Below, in pieces: positions 24,500-35,611 of a stretch of DNA of 64,000 nucleotides. Source of the stretch: Octopus sinensis (Eukaryota). Below the pieces are notes generated by a model. That model was not told where the DNA came from. It did no database searches and was given only the letters and a program-made list of their open reading frames with translations. The stretch is from NCBI RefSeq assembly GCF_006345805.1, contig NW_021832430.1, positions 186,001-250,000 of the forward strand. The letters are read 5' to 3'. The position numbers were made by a program, and so were the translations under genes. How positions within the stretch are numbered: the first letter of the stretch is position 1; every line of letters starts with the position of its first letter.

Positions 24500-26280
24500 C
24501 TTCTTGTGGTGTTGTGCATGTCTGTTTCTACTGTATCAAGAGAAGCAAATCCTACGGGCCTTCCTGCTGGAGATTTAAACAAAAGTGATTTGGCGGGCGC
24601 AGGACAACTGGCTCTAGGGCTGGACGAAGCCACAAGAGAAACTTTTCGTGATCCTGCAGGTTCTGGGAATATGCCAACAAACCTGCACTCTCTCAACGCG
24701 ATCATAAGTGAAGCCAATTGCTCCTCTGAAAGTGCATGGGTGTCCGAAATTGTGCGAGTCACAAAGCAACGGCTGCGCAGGATCCCTAGAGGCGGGTGGA
24801 AAGCTATCGTTGGGAAGTTCAACTCCAAATTCTCTAAAGATCTGAATGTTGGTCAAGTCAAATCAATGCTGAAGCCCCGGAAGTTTGACAAAAGAGCTGA
24901 AGTTGGAGAAGTTGACCAATCTATATTTTCGAAGATTGATGTATCTATGTTCGGGAAGTGTCTGAGTGAGTTAAAGTTTCAATTGGAGAGAATCAAGGAG
25001 GTGCCAAGAGAAGCCCGAGTGCCCACGCCCAAGCTACTACGAAAATATATAAAAGGGGAAATACTTAATTGTCTAAATTTGGCAATATCTCATCTCACCT
25101 AAAGCTCCTCCGCAAAATATCAATGATATATCTGATATAATTTTTGCTGCCAGTGTGCATATTTGGAACTTTCAAAAGGAACAAGAACAGGCTCTGACTG
25201 GAAGGAGAAAATCCACAAGGAAGTATCCAACTTGCAGGCCAGATTAAATCTTGTCAATCTCTATGCGAAACAAGAATTACCTAATGCCGACAAGAAGGAG
25301 CTATTTGACACTCTCTGTGCGTATGGGTATAAGAAATCGAAAAAGGGGGAACTGGTGAGAATTAGATTGGCCATACAAGATATGATTCGAATAAAAGAAA
25401 AGAAGATATTGATGCATAAATCCAGGACCGAATTTCGAAAGGACAACTGGTGCTTCGAGTTGAATCAGAAAAGATTTTATAGGCAAGTATCAGGAGATAA
25501 GATGCTCGCTGAGTTTGAGTTCAGTGACAATGATTGCTTGTCTTTCTGGAAGCAGGTCTGGTCCAAGAAGAACCCCCCTAAGGCAGCTGGGTTCGTGAAC
25601 AGGAGGGTCACCGGTATCGAGAGTGCACCCTCGGAGTTAACTGAGGAATTCATTAAACAGACCATTAAGTGGTCCAACGACTGGAAGACATGTGGATGCG
25701 ATGGAGTGTATAATTTCTTCATCAAAAGATTTGACTCACTACATGGATACCTTTGTCGGGAAGTGAACAGAATAGTTAATAAGGAACACATCCCTGAAGA
25801 CTGGTTCTATACAGGCGTCACTTACATGATTCCGAAAAAAGAAGTTTGTGAAAATCCCCGTGATTTGCGCCCAATAACGTGCATGCCTGCTCTCTGTAAA
25901 CTTGTGACAAAATGTGTAAACATCAAACTCTCTGACTATGTGGATACGTTCGGCTTGGTCTCTGAAAATCAATTGGGAACGAGGAGACAATGTCAGGGTG
26001 CTAAGGAACAAGCCCTTATCAATCAGTGCATAAATCGAGAATATGGCAATAATCTCTGTGCATCATGGGTGGATGTTAAGAAAGCCTTCGATTCGGTGGA
26101 TCACGAATTCCTGTTTCATGTGTTGGACTGCTCGGGAATTCCTTTATGGATAACCAACTTTATAAAAAGCCTGGTTGAGAGGTGGACAGTTTGCCTTCAT
26201 TTTGGGAAAAAGGAAAAAGAGAATTGGGGCTGTTAAATTGAATTGTGGAATTCTACAGGGAGACGCCTTATCCCCGCAAT
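24500..26280 (+). mobile_element. RLE-type non-LTR retrotransposon (R4/NeSL-like), 5' region and RT, 3'-truncated
   Basis: WKTCGCDGVYNFFIK, DLRPITCMP..YKL-type motif, ENQLG..QGAKEQALIN, DVKKAFDSVDH. One frameshift near 25100. Truncated at the duplication boundary ~26290. Confidence 0.88.
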
Positions 26281-26289
26281 TGTTCGTAC

Positions 26290-29200
26290 CAATATGCAAT
26301 TCAACACGATTCTAGTCATCTTTATGTAAAGCAAAAAAAACTGTGTCCCTAATTAGAAGACGGAAATAAAGTTTGAATAACGCCAATTATGATGAACTGA
26401 AGATCTTTAGGAAGTTGGCCAAATTTGGCTATAGTAAACGCCAATATAATTCCAAAAGACCGTAATAAATCAAAATGTATTATCTCTTCATATTGATTGC
26501 TCAGATGAAAGCTTTTTGCTTTCCTCCAGTAATGGAAATGTTTGAGACGGATTTTATTTTTATAAAAAAACACAACAGCATAACCTGCCCAATAAAATCG
26601 TCTTCTTCTGATAATTACAAGTATTTGATTACTGTATGACATATTCAGGTGGACTAAAGACGGGGTTCCTATTAGATTGAATAATTCATTGTATCGTACT
26701 CATGGAAGAAATCTTGTTCTCTACGGGAGTTCAGTTGACACACAAGTGTTTGAATGCACTGTCGAGAATAAATGTGGAAAAGAAACATCTCTTCCATTTA
26801 AAGTGGATTATCTAAAGCTAGAACACAGTATATTTGTGACCAGTGACGAGTTTAGATTTTTATACTTATCATCAGCCTTTTGCAATTCTCAGCACTAAGG
26901 GCATTAATGATAACTGCACCTGGTTCAAAAAACTTTACCGGTGGCCAGAATTTTATCGATTTCTTCCACTAGTTGATAACCGAATATTTGAACTTGACAA
27001 CGACATGTACTTTAGATTTTTTTGTGAATCCGACTCGTTTGCTCAGTACATGTGCGATTTTAAGCACGGAAAAATGTTATTTAATTTCAAATATGCCATG
27101 AAAGGTTTTTTTGTATTTTAAACAAAAAAGAAACCAACTTTGAACCAGTTCCCTTTTTTCCAAAAGGAGAAAATATAAAACTTGAGTTTGGAAAATCCCA
27201 CGAAATTACTCCTTGTATATTTTTTGGATGGTTTTTTTTGAAAATATATTTTTAGGGGAATTTATTATATAAATTATTATCAGAATGATTATTTTATGGG
27301 AGACAACACGATAACGTTGAGTTCACGAAACAAAGAGGATATATATGAATTTTATGGAATTCCTAGGTTCAACGGAAGCCCTTTAAATGACCGCAGGCTA
27401 AATTTTAGAGTTAGTTTTTACGGTTTGATTGTATAAAATATTCACAGAATTGCCTTCTATTTCCGACAAATTTCATTCACTGAATGCTACTATTGGAACA
27501 ACAGCAATCTTTGAATGTTTTCCGAAATCAGGATACCCAAAGCCTACAATAAAGTGGTACTTGGATTCTGAGGAATATCGTATTTTATGTTTTTATTAGA
27601 TTTAGAGACAAAATTGTATTCTTTTGAGGTGTCTTTGAATGATAATAGCACGATATTAACTTTCTACAATATAACTCAATCAATGAGTATTCGGTGTCTC
27701 ATAAAAAACAATTTTGGAAAAGCTGCAAGGACTGTTTACCTCAAAGTAACAGAAAAACCGACAATTTTTATGTCACACTCATCTCTAGTCGAAATAAGTC
27801 AATTTAACCAACATGTTATTAAATGTTGGGGAACTGTCGATCCAATTCATAAATTGCAGATAAACTGGTTATATAACAACGAATTGATAAAAAGAGATAC
27901 AACAAATTCAAACTATTTAATAAAAAATTCAAAAGTTGGAAGTGAGTTTTTATTTACCCTGTCGTCTAATCAGTTACAAAAAATGAAGAAGAAAGTAGTA
28001 CCTTTAACCTGTATCATATTTGATGAAACATCACAAGTAAATCAAACAATAGAAATTTTAATAAATTATGGTGAGTTTTTCTAATGTCATAAATCTAGTT
28101 GAAATTGTATCAAAAATGGCAGTCTTTTGGGTCGTTTTTGGAATTTTGGGGGTTATTGGAATTTTTTCATTTGGTGCATTCGTTTATATTCGGAGAAGGA
28201 GTTTAAATTTATTGGCGAATAAATTGTATTGTTTTAGTCATTTTTATTTTAGCTTTAATGACCCTGCAAAGCAAAGAGACTTTTGGGTTGAAGAATTGGA
28301 ATGCTTTTCAAATTTTCAAAATGTTCCCCGCACTTTGGTTTTTAAAAAAATAAACAAAAAATAATTAAAAGTTATTGTATATATCCGAAAATTTTTATAT
28401 TTTACTGTTATTTTAACGGCTTGAAAAGAACGTATAACTTTCAGCAAACTATGTTAGACATGCTTTGTTTTAGAAAGAAATTGAAAAGTTAAGAGAGTTA
28501 GATAGATGATATATTTAGGAAAAGACTTCTATTATCGAAGAATTTGGTTTTTGTTCGGAATTTCTTTTAGCGGTTGTCAGGAAATTAGCTTCGAAATTAA
28601 AAATTTTTATCTTGTAAATCAATTAGCCCTGGTAAAGTTCTTGTGCCAATATTTAATCTTCAAATATCCGTTCTTCTTCTTTTTTCGCTTATTATTGTGT
28701 TTCTTTTTAGTCTTCCCCTTATTCTTTTATCTTATTCCTAGCTATGCAAGATGAGCTTCACTGCAAGGGTATTGGGATTCCAGCTTCCATAGTCAATCGA
28801 GAAATCATGTCCTTTATATGATTCAGACTGCTAATCGGTTTAAAAGAACTAATCCCACATTTAATTCTCATAACAATGCAAGAGCGTTGTCTCGCGTGGG
28901 AAACTTCCGTGAGTCATCTGGAGGCATCGGATGTTTGTTTTTGTTCCAAAGTAATTTAATTTAGATTGTCGAAATCTTGTTCCAATTATATATTCTGTTT
29001 TCTCAGCGTTTATTTTTAAGAATGATATTGCAAATTTTTTGGTGAATTTATTGACAGTACTTTCTAATTGGTAGGTAATGCATTTCTGAAATCTCAATAA
29101 TAAGAATATATTTTTTCGCCTCATGGGCTATATTCTCAAATCAACCAAATATTATTAAAAAATCTTGTTCAAAAAAACGTGACCACTAGTGTTTTTTTAC

Positions 29201-31053
29201 TAAATTTTGGGTTTTTATAGAATTTAAAATACAACGCGATGTCATTCCAAAGTTTTCTTACCAAAAAGTATTTAATTGCGAAAAAAATTAAGAAGTAGAA
29301 ATATCGACGGGTTTGCATTTGCCGCTGTTTAGAGATAGTCAGCTCTGTGAAAAACTGGAAATGATTCTGTTTATGTCTTTCATAACGACCTCAGTGTGTT
29401 CACTAATCCTAAAGTCATCAAGTACCAGAAGTTAGCACTGAACAAAAGGTTCAGTCCAATATGTTCAACAAAGAGGACAAACACCAATGGGTCACCCTGG
29501 TGAATACCGCATTCTGACATGATAATTAGGTTTTCTTAGAATTTCGCATTCGAAATTCGTGTTATCTTTTTAGCATCATATAAAAATAACTAGAAAATCA
29601 ACATCAGGAATAAATATTTTTGTCAAATTCTGGTTTAGGTTTCAAAATAAATTTGCTGAAAAGCTATACATGATTGGAATAACCTTGTTTTAAAATTAAA
29701 GATGCTAAAGAAAACTGACATAAATTAAACAAATGAGAATTTTAAAAGGAAACAACAGATATTAAATTAATTCAGTCAAAATAGGCAACCATTAGGACTA
29801 CTGTCAGTGTCGGAATTTGGAAACCAATGTTGAATTTTAGATTTCCTGAATATTTATTGCATACTACCTTTTGTGACATCATTACCAAAAGCGTCCTTTA
29901 CTTTGTCGAAGGCATTCTATAACTAGAAAACTATAAAAGCAATACATTAACTTTCGAGCCGACATCGGTCTCTAAATAGACTGAAGACAGTATCGTGCAG
30001 ATTATCAAAACCAAGAAAAACATTCATATTTTGCTCAAATTCAAAATATAAATACAAAAATAACGGACTAATTGAACACGTTGCCGCTGCATGAATCGCT
30101 CAATTACGTTGTAAAAAGGTAAAAAATAACAAGTTTGAAAGATTCTGTGCTTTTGTTCCTGTCCTAGAATAAAACGATAATCAATTTAGTGTTTCAGTCA
30201 TTCGTATTGGCACGCCAGTTCCAGTGGAAGGAATCAAAAGATTCCTCCGTTATGCCTCCCTCCACAGCTCGTGGACACAAAGACCTCCAGGTTTCAGGAG
30301 GACCATACAGCAGCACTTCTTAAAGAGGTTCAAACCCAAGGGTCAGAAACTTACTAAGCAAAATTATTTTCTCCAATAAAACAAAATTCAAGTTATATTC
30401 ATCAAATAAAAGAAATAGTGTTAGATATTTTCACGGTGAAAGATTTTGTTTGGCACTGTTTTGCCAGAAGGGTTTACTCTTTTTGGCATGCCTCTTTTCT
30501 CGTCCTGAATTCCACCATTCCTCCACGCTAAACTTTGCATAATGGAAGAATCATTTGCGCTCTTAAATTCATCGAGCCCATGGGGCTTGCTTTCTACTGA
30601 AGAACTTTTTGCTTTTCTTCGTTTGGAGTACGCACTCCGTACTTCACCTTGTTTCCGTTTTCCTGACGAAGTCGGTGAATTTGATTTGTTGCTGCGAAAT
30701 CAGTAAAGTCTCTCGAATCCGCCGACCCAACATCATCAATATGCAGACAACATCATCATAGCCTAGACACAACCTAATCAGTCAAGCTTCTACCATTCCT
30801 CCTTTATCAGTGCAGTTTAGAAATATGGAGAACCTTCTGCATTCGTATATCAAACGTGATTACTTGTTTCTCCGTGTTCTACAACATTCAAACACATTAC
30901 TGCAATCACTCTGACCATTTCCACAGAACCAAACCAATGTAGACGATCAGGAAATAGTCCTCCATAGCTGTGTTTGTCGTTGGATTCAAATCCATCCTAA
31001 AGATGTGTCCGAATACCCTCTATCTGCATGCTGTAATTTCAAAAGAGATTGGT
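26290..31053 (+). repeat. Collinear segmental duplicate (or second haplotype) of 714-18272 with internal deletions
   Basis: Six ordered blocks match 714-2790, 4170-4541, 10058-11190, ~11462-11654, 16951-17199 and ~17968-18272. Confidence 0.9.
26475..28364 (+). CDS. IgSF type-I membrane protein, paralog C (558 aa), recent duplicate or allele of A
   Basis: Same 8 introns as A. The only indel falls inside intron 3 (26 vs 27 nt), so the frame is kept (1677 nt spliced). Confidence 0.85.
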
Positions 31054-31830
31054 TTGCTTGACGTCTTGGCATTAACTGTTTTACTGCTGGGCCTCGAATG
31101 TCATTTGGAGAATAGAATACCCAGATGTAGTCTCTATAGAACGAGTTTAGATTGAGATTGTCCGTATCAGAAAGCCCCCATGTTCCGGCATTATAAAGGA
31201 GGATAAGTTTCATCATGACTGTATTTTTGAACTGTATAAACGTGTCTGTGTTTGTGTACTGAGTCCTTTGCGCTTTAGACAATTTTCCTTTAGGCCGTGT
31301 AGTGTGCATTTTTGCACGTTCTTACGCATTATCACGTTTTGTTCGTCTCCCAATAGAGATCCAAATTTCTCAACTTTTCTCCAGTGTTCGTTCAGCTTAG
31401 ACTTTTGTTTGACAAGTCTAGTAAATTCTGTTTTCTCCACATCTACATTGAGGAACCACTCAGCAAGTTTATTTGGCATCACCTCCAGTAGGCTCTTCAG
31501 AGCATTCCTGTCAGAGGAAAAGAAATTCATATCATCAGCGTATGGAACCACATTGATCTTTCCTTTATGGTATGGCTTTAATTCTTTCAATGCTGCATCC
31601 AGATATATAACAAACAGCATAAGCGATAAAGGATTCCCCTGAGGTAGTTGTTTCAAATGGTTTAGAGTACTTTTCTCGTACCCTGACCGATAGATAGGTT
31701 TCTGATAATAATGCCCTAATCATCTGGGTAGAAGATTTGTCCAGGAATTCTGAAAGAACATTCATCAATTTCTGACCATCGATCGAGTCAAAAGCTCTTG
31801 ACATATCGATTACGAGAATGTGGATCTTGC
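30780..31830 (-). mobile_element. Degraded RTE-like LINE, same family as 19430-22940
   Basis: DMSRAFDSID, PQGNPLSLMLFVIYL..PYADDM, and YNAGTWGL. Confidence 0.85.
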
Positions 31831-31865
31831 TTCACGGAAACCGCTATAAAAAGCGAATATAAATA

Positions 31866-33334
31866 CAGTCCGTGGCAAATGTTCCGGACCACCCAATTTT
31901 TTTCATTCTATATATATTTTGGCAGTTACGGCTTGACTCTCTTAGACAAATTTTAATATTAAATAAATACAAAACTTTTTTGGTTTTTCTTTTTTCATAA
32001 ATTTTAAAATATTGAATTTTTAGCAGTCAGTAAATTTCGACCCGTGCATATGTTCCGACCACTCATTAATTTTTTAAATTATTATTAAATACACCTTCAT
32101 CTGATATTTTAATGCTCAATATATTAATTCGTTAAATTGCCTGGTGTTAGTTTCGGTAACCGTGCCTCAATTATCACTCTGTATAACTTGGAATGTCTCA
32201 AAGAAAAATATCATTATGTGTTGGAATTTCCAAGTCTACAGTTCAGAGAACTTTAAAGATATTCTACATGTTCCATAATTCAGGAAAACCTAAATCTGGA
32301 AGACCCAAGAAGTTATCTAAAAGAAAATGAACGAAATATTGTTTATCGATCAAAAATAAATCCTTCTAAACAGCCAATCAAATAGATCTGATTCAATTTG
32401 TCATTATCCGTTTTCTGTAGATACGATTAAAACGATGTTTAAGGTCCAATAATCTTCATGGTAGAATAATGGTAAAAAACCGAAACTTAAAATAAGAAAT
32501 TTGAAGTCAAGATTAATGTAATTTTTTGAAGTCAAGATTAATGTAATTTTTCAGATAAATGTCGAATTATTTATTTCCAAATGTTAGAAGATATGTTAGA
32601 AGACCAGAAAATGTAGAAATGAGAAAAAATATTCATCAGAAACTGTAAAGTTTTCTCCGAATATCTTGGTATGGGGTGCTATCACTGCAACTGGAAAAAG
32701 AGATTGGTTTTGAGTAGAAAAATTTAATTCCAATGAATACCAAGAATTCTCGAAGAAGGATTAGAAAATATAAATTTTCAAAATATGATGTTCCAGCAAG
32801 ATGGGGCCCCTGCCACAAATCGAGATCCACCATTCAATATCTTGATCAGAAGAAAGTTAAATTACTTGAAAAAGGCCAAGTCAGTCACCGGATTTAACAT
32901 TATTGAAACCTCTGGTGTATACTTAAACAAGAATACGTGAAAAAGAACCAGAAGATCTGGAGAATTACAAAAAAAGAATTTTATAAAATGGAAGATGCTC
33001 ATATAGAAATCTCATAAATCACTTCCGACTAGGATGATCGATGTTGTAAAGAAATAAGGAGGTAAAGTAATTATTATTATTTTTTAAATAAGATTTTTCA
33101 TTGAATAAAGTGGTTTTTTTTTGATGCTGTTAATCACTGGTCCGGAACATATGCAGGGTCAAATTTACTGACTGCTAAAAAATTCAATATTGTAAAATTT
33201 TATGGAAAAAGAAAAAGTACAAAAGTTATTTATTCATTTAATATTAAAATTTGTCTAAGAAAGTCAAGCCGTAGCTGCCAATAATATATAGAATTTAAAA
33301 TAATTGGGTGGTCCGGAACATTTGCACGGTACTG
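31866..33334 (+). mobile_element. Tc1-type element with ~195-bp IR/DR TIRs and TA TSD; transposase heavily decayed
   Basis: cagtccgtggcaaatgttccggaccaccc and its inverse at 33302-33334, with an inner repeat atgttccg(g)acc. Residual ILVWGAITATG and FQQDGAPCH. Confidence 0.88.
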
Positions 33335-33546
33335 TAGTTCTATACGAGACTTTATTTTTTGTAGAATAATAATTGGCCAGAACTTCCCGTATGGTATTCA
33401 TAAGGATTACTGGCCTAAGGTTTTTCAGTATCTTTTAGCAATAAATATAATGAAAAGACATTAATGACGTATGGATAATATTTTATTTAAAAGTTATTAC
33501 ATGTTATTATATAAAAGATTTTGTGTAGGTTTTGTTGTTGTGTTTA

Positions 33547-34103
33547 ATGGACAATTTAAACTTGTATGAGTACAAACATTTAGGATTTCTCCCACTCGAC
33601 ATAATCATCGAAAGTAATTAAATAATAAATCAGAATTAGTCGAGGAAGCAATTTCTGATGAACTTACGAGACTGGAAGCTAATTTACAGTATGATACACT
33701 TCCGACTAAAGTAATGCCACTAATTTATATTTACAGCCTCCTGTATCTCAAAAGGTCTGGGAAGCCGCACTAGAAAGTAAATTTAAGGAATGTTTTGGAC
33801 TGCTGGTAAAGTACATTGACGAACTATATGTATCAGCCCATTTTATTTTCATAGAACATATTTTCTGAAGTTTCAAGTCTTCCCCCAGACGTTGTTCTTG
33901 CGTGCGATCAACAGGAAGTGACCACTGTCGAAGATTTGCAGATTACCGACCTCAAGCTGTCGGCAATGAGGGATAAGCTAATAAAGGCCTGCTCGGAGAG
34001 TGACCAACTTGACAGGAATATCCGACAGTTGGAGAGAGACATCGAGGTGGTTACAGACCTACTTTCTTCTGACATTCCTCGTTCATGTTCCTCCTCGTTA
34101 TAA
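33547..34103 (+). CDS. MIS12: Mis12/Mtw1-like kinetochore protein (159 aa, 3 introns)
   Basis: Introns 33614-33639, 33711-33736 and 33830-33854 give a 480-nt frame. YEYKHLGFLPLDIIIEIEEAI resembles the Mis12/Mtw1 N-terminus (E-H-L-G-Y/F-x-P). ELYNIF..LPPDVVL and a C-terminal coiled coil also fit. Assignment is by remembered motif only. Confidence 0.6.
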
Positions 34104-34588
34104 ATGTTTTTTTATCAATAATTGAATTGGGGTAGAATTAAGTTTTATCTTTTTCGATACTGAATCGTGGTGATGAGTACACCAACCCGACCCCTAAACG
34201 GGCGAGGAGATAATTTTCTCTTCAAAGGGTTGTTGATAAGACAGATATTAGACACCGTTTTTAATTTTTCTGAGAAATGGTGTTAAAACAATTTTCTACC
34301 CTATTTTTATAGTTTATTACGGCGTTTTGAGCCACTGTGAAAAAAATAGCTATTTTGTCTTCTTTCTTTTTTAGTTGTTCCCAAAAGTCATCCTTTAATG
34401 AAATCATGTAAACATACATGTTTTGGAATTTAGTAATTACGATTAAATTCCGTGTATCTTTTATATTGACTATCTCAATTCATTGAGATATTGACGACAA
34501 AGTTGCTATCGAATTTGTGCACTTATAATAATTATTATTATTATTTATTTTAACCCAAGAATCACCAACAGTTAATTAGGGTAATTAA

Positions 34589-34900
34589 TTAGGTGATTCC
34601 AACAATCCTCAAAATCTTTCTCAGCTTTTCCCGATGTTGGACTCTGGACCCAACGCAAGTGCGGGACGGGCGGGGAGCAGTTTTTTTGAGGAATTGGATT
34701 GGGGTGATGTGCTTCTGATTGTTGTAGTCTTTTGGCAGGTGGTCTTGTTGGAGGGCTAAGAAACCCCTTCCATCTTTCTTAATAAGTTGGTCAAGCGGAG
34801 TTGGGGTAATGTTGCTCAGTTTGGAAATTTTCGTAATGCAAGCCGCGGCTCGGCATAGTGTAGTCTCAATTTTAAGGCGGTTAGTATTTAAGAAACGAAT
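34589..34900 (-). mobile_element. Probable LINE 3' coding fragment
   Basis: IETTLCRAAACIT..SNITP resembles the post-RT LExxQNRAARIIT..HITP region of CR1/L2 LINEs. Confidence 0.35.
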
Positions 34901-34937
34901 AGTGCATTTTATTGAAATTTGTTTTCCTTTTGAATTA

Positions 34938-35338
34938 ACAGATAATTCCAAATACTATGACTACTTCAAATAGTGTGACCATCCAAATAGTATGAACATT
35001 TTCAAGAAACTTTTTCTCATACTATGTCACCGTCTGCTAAACGGACCACGGCGTTGAATGGACAAAATAAACTCAGCTGAAAAAGATCTCATCAGCAAAG
35101 ATAAGGACGTCGATCCATGACAGACGACACACAGTGATGCACGTCGTCCTTGATTGCAAAAAGAATATCATATAAAATTAATTTACTCCTTAACTTATGG
35201 TGTGACCCTAAGAGGTCTGTCGGTTTTCTTCGTGCCGCATTTTTCCCAATTTCAGGGGGGGAATGTGGTTAAATTAATAAATAATGGGCGATGACATACT
35301 ATTCAATAGTATGACTCATACTATTTGGAGTTATCGGT
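34938..35338. mobile_element. MITE-like element with ~24-bp imperfect TIRs
   Basis: aacagataattccaaatactatga vs tcatactatttggagttatcggtt (3 mismatches), with repeated aatagtatga/catactatt submotifs. No clear TSD. Confidence 0.45.
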
Positions 35339-35611
35339 TTTTAAAATGCCAACTAAACTTGATATATTATTTTCTATATGCAGATAGCCAAGGCATTACC
35401 GCTGATTATGGGCAGAAACTTTTTTCCTAAATAAAAATGCTCAGACGAGTTGCCAGCAGCGCTCTCCATAATTGTGGTTGTATTTGATTGCGTAGAAAGA
35501 ATATAGAACAGAGGTGATATTCGAACAATTAGTGAATTTAATTAATTAAATATGTCTGTTTAATTGACTTATTGTTTATTTCTTACATTTAAATATTAAA
35601 TTTCTTTGTTG

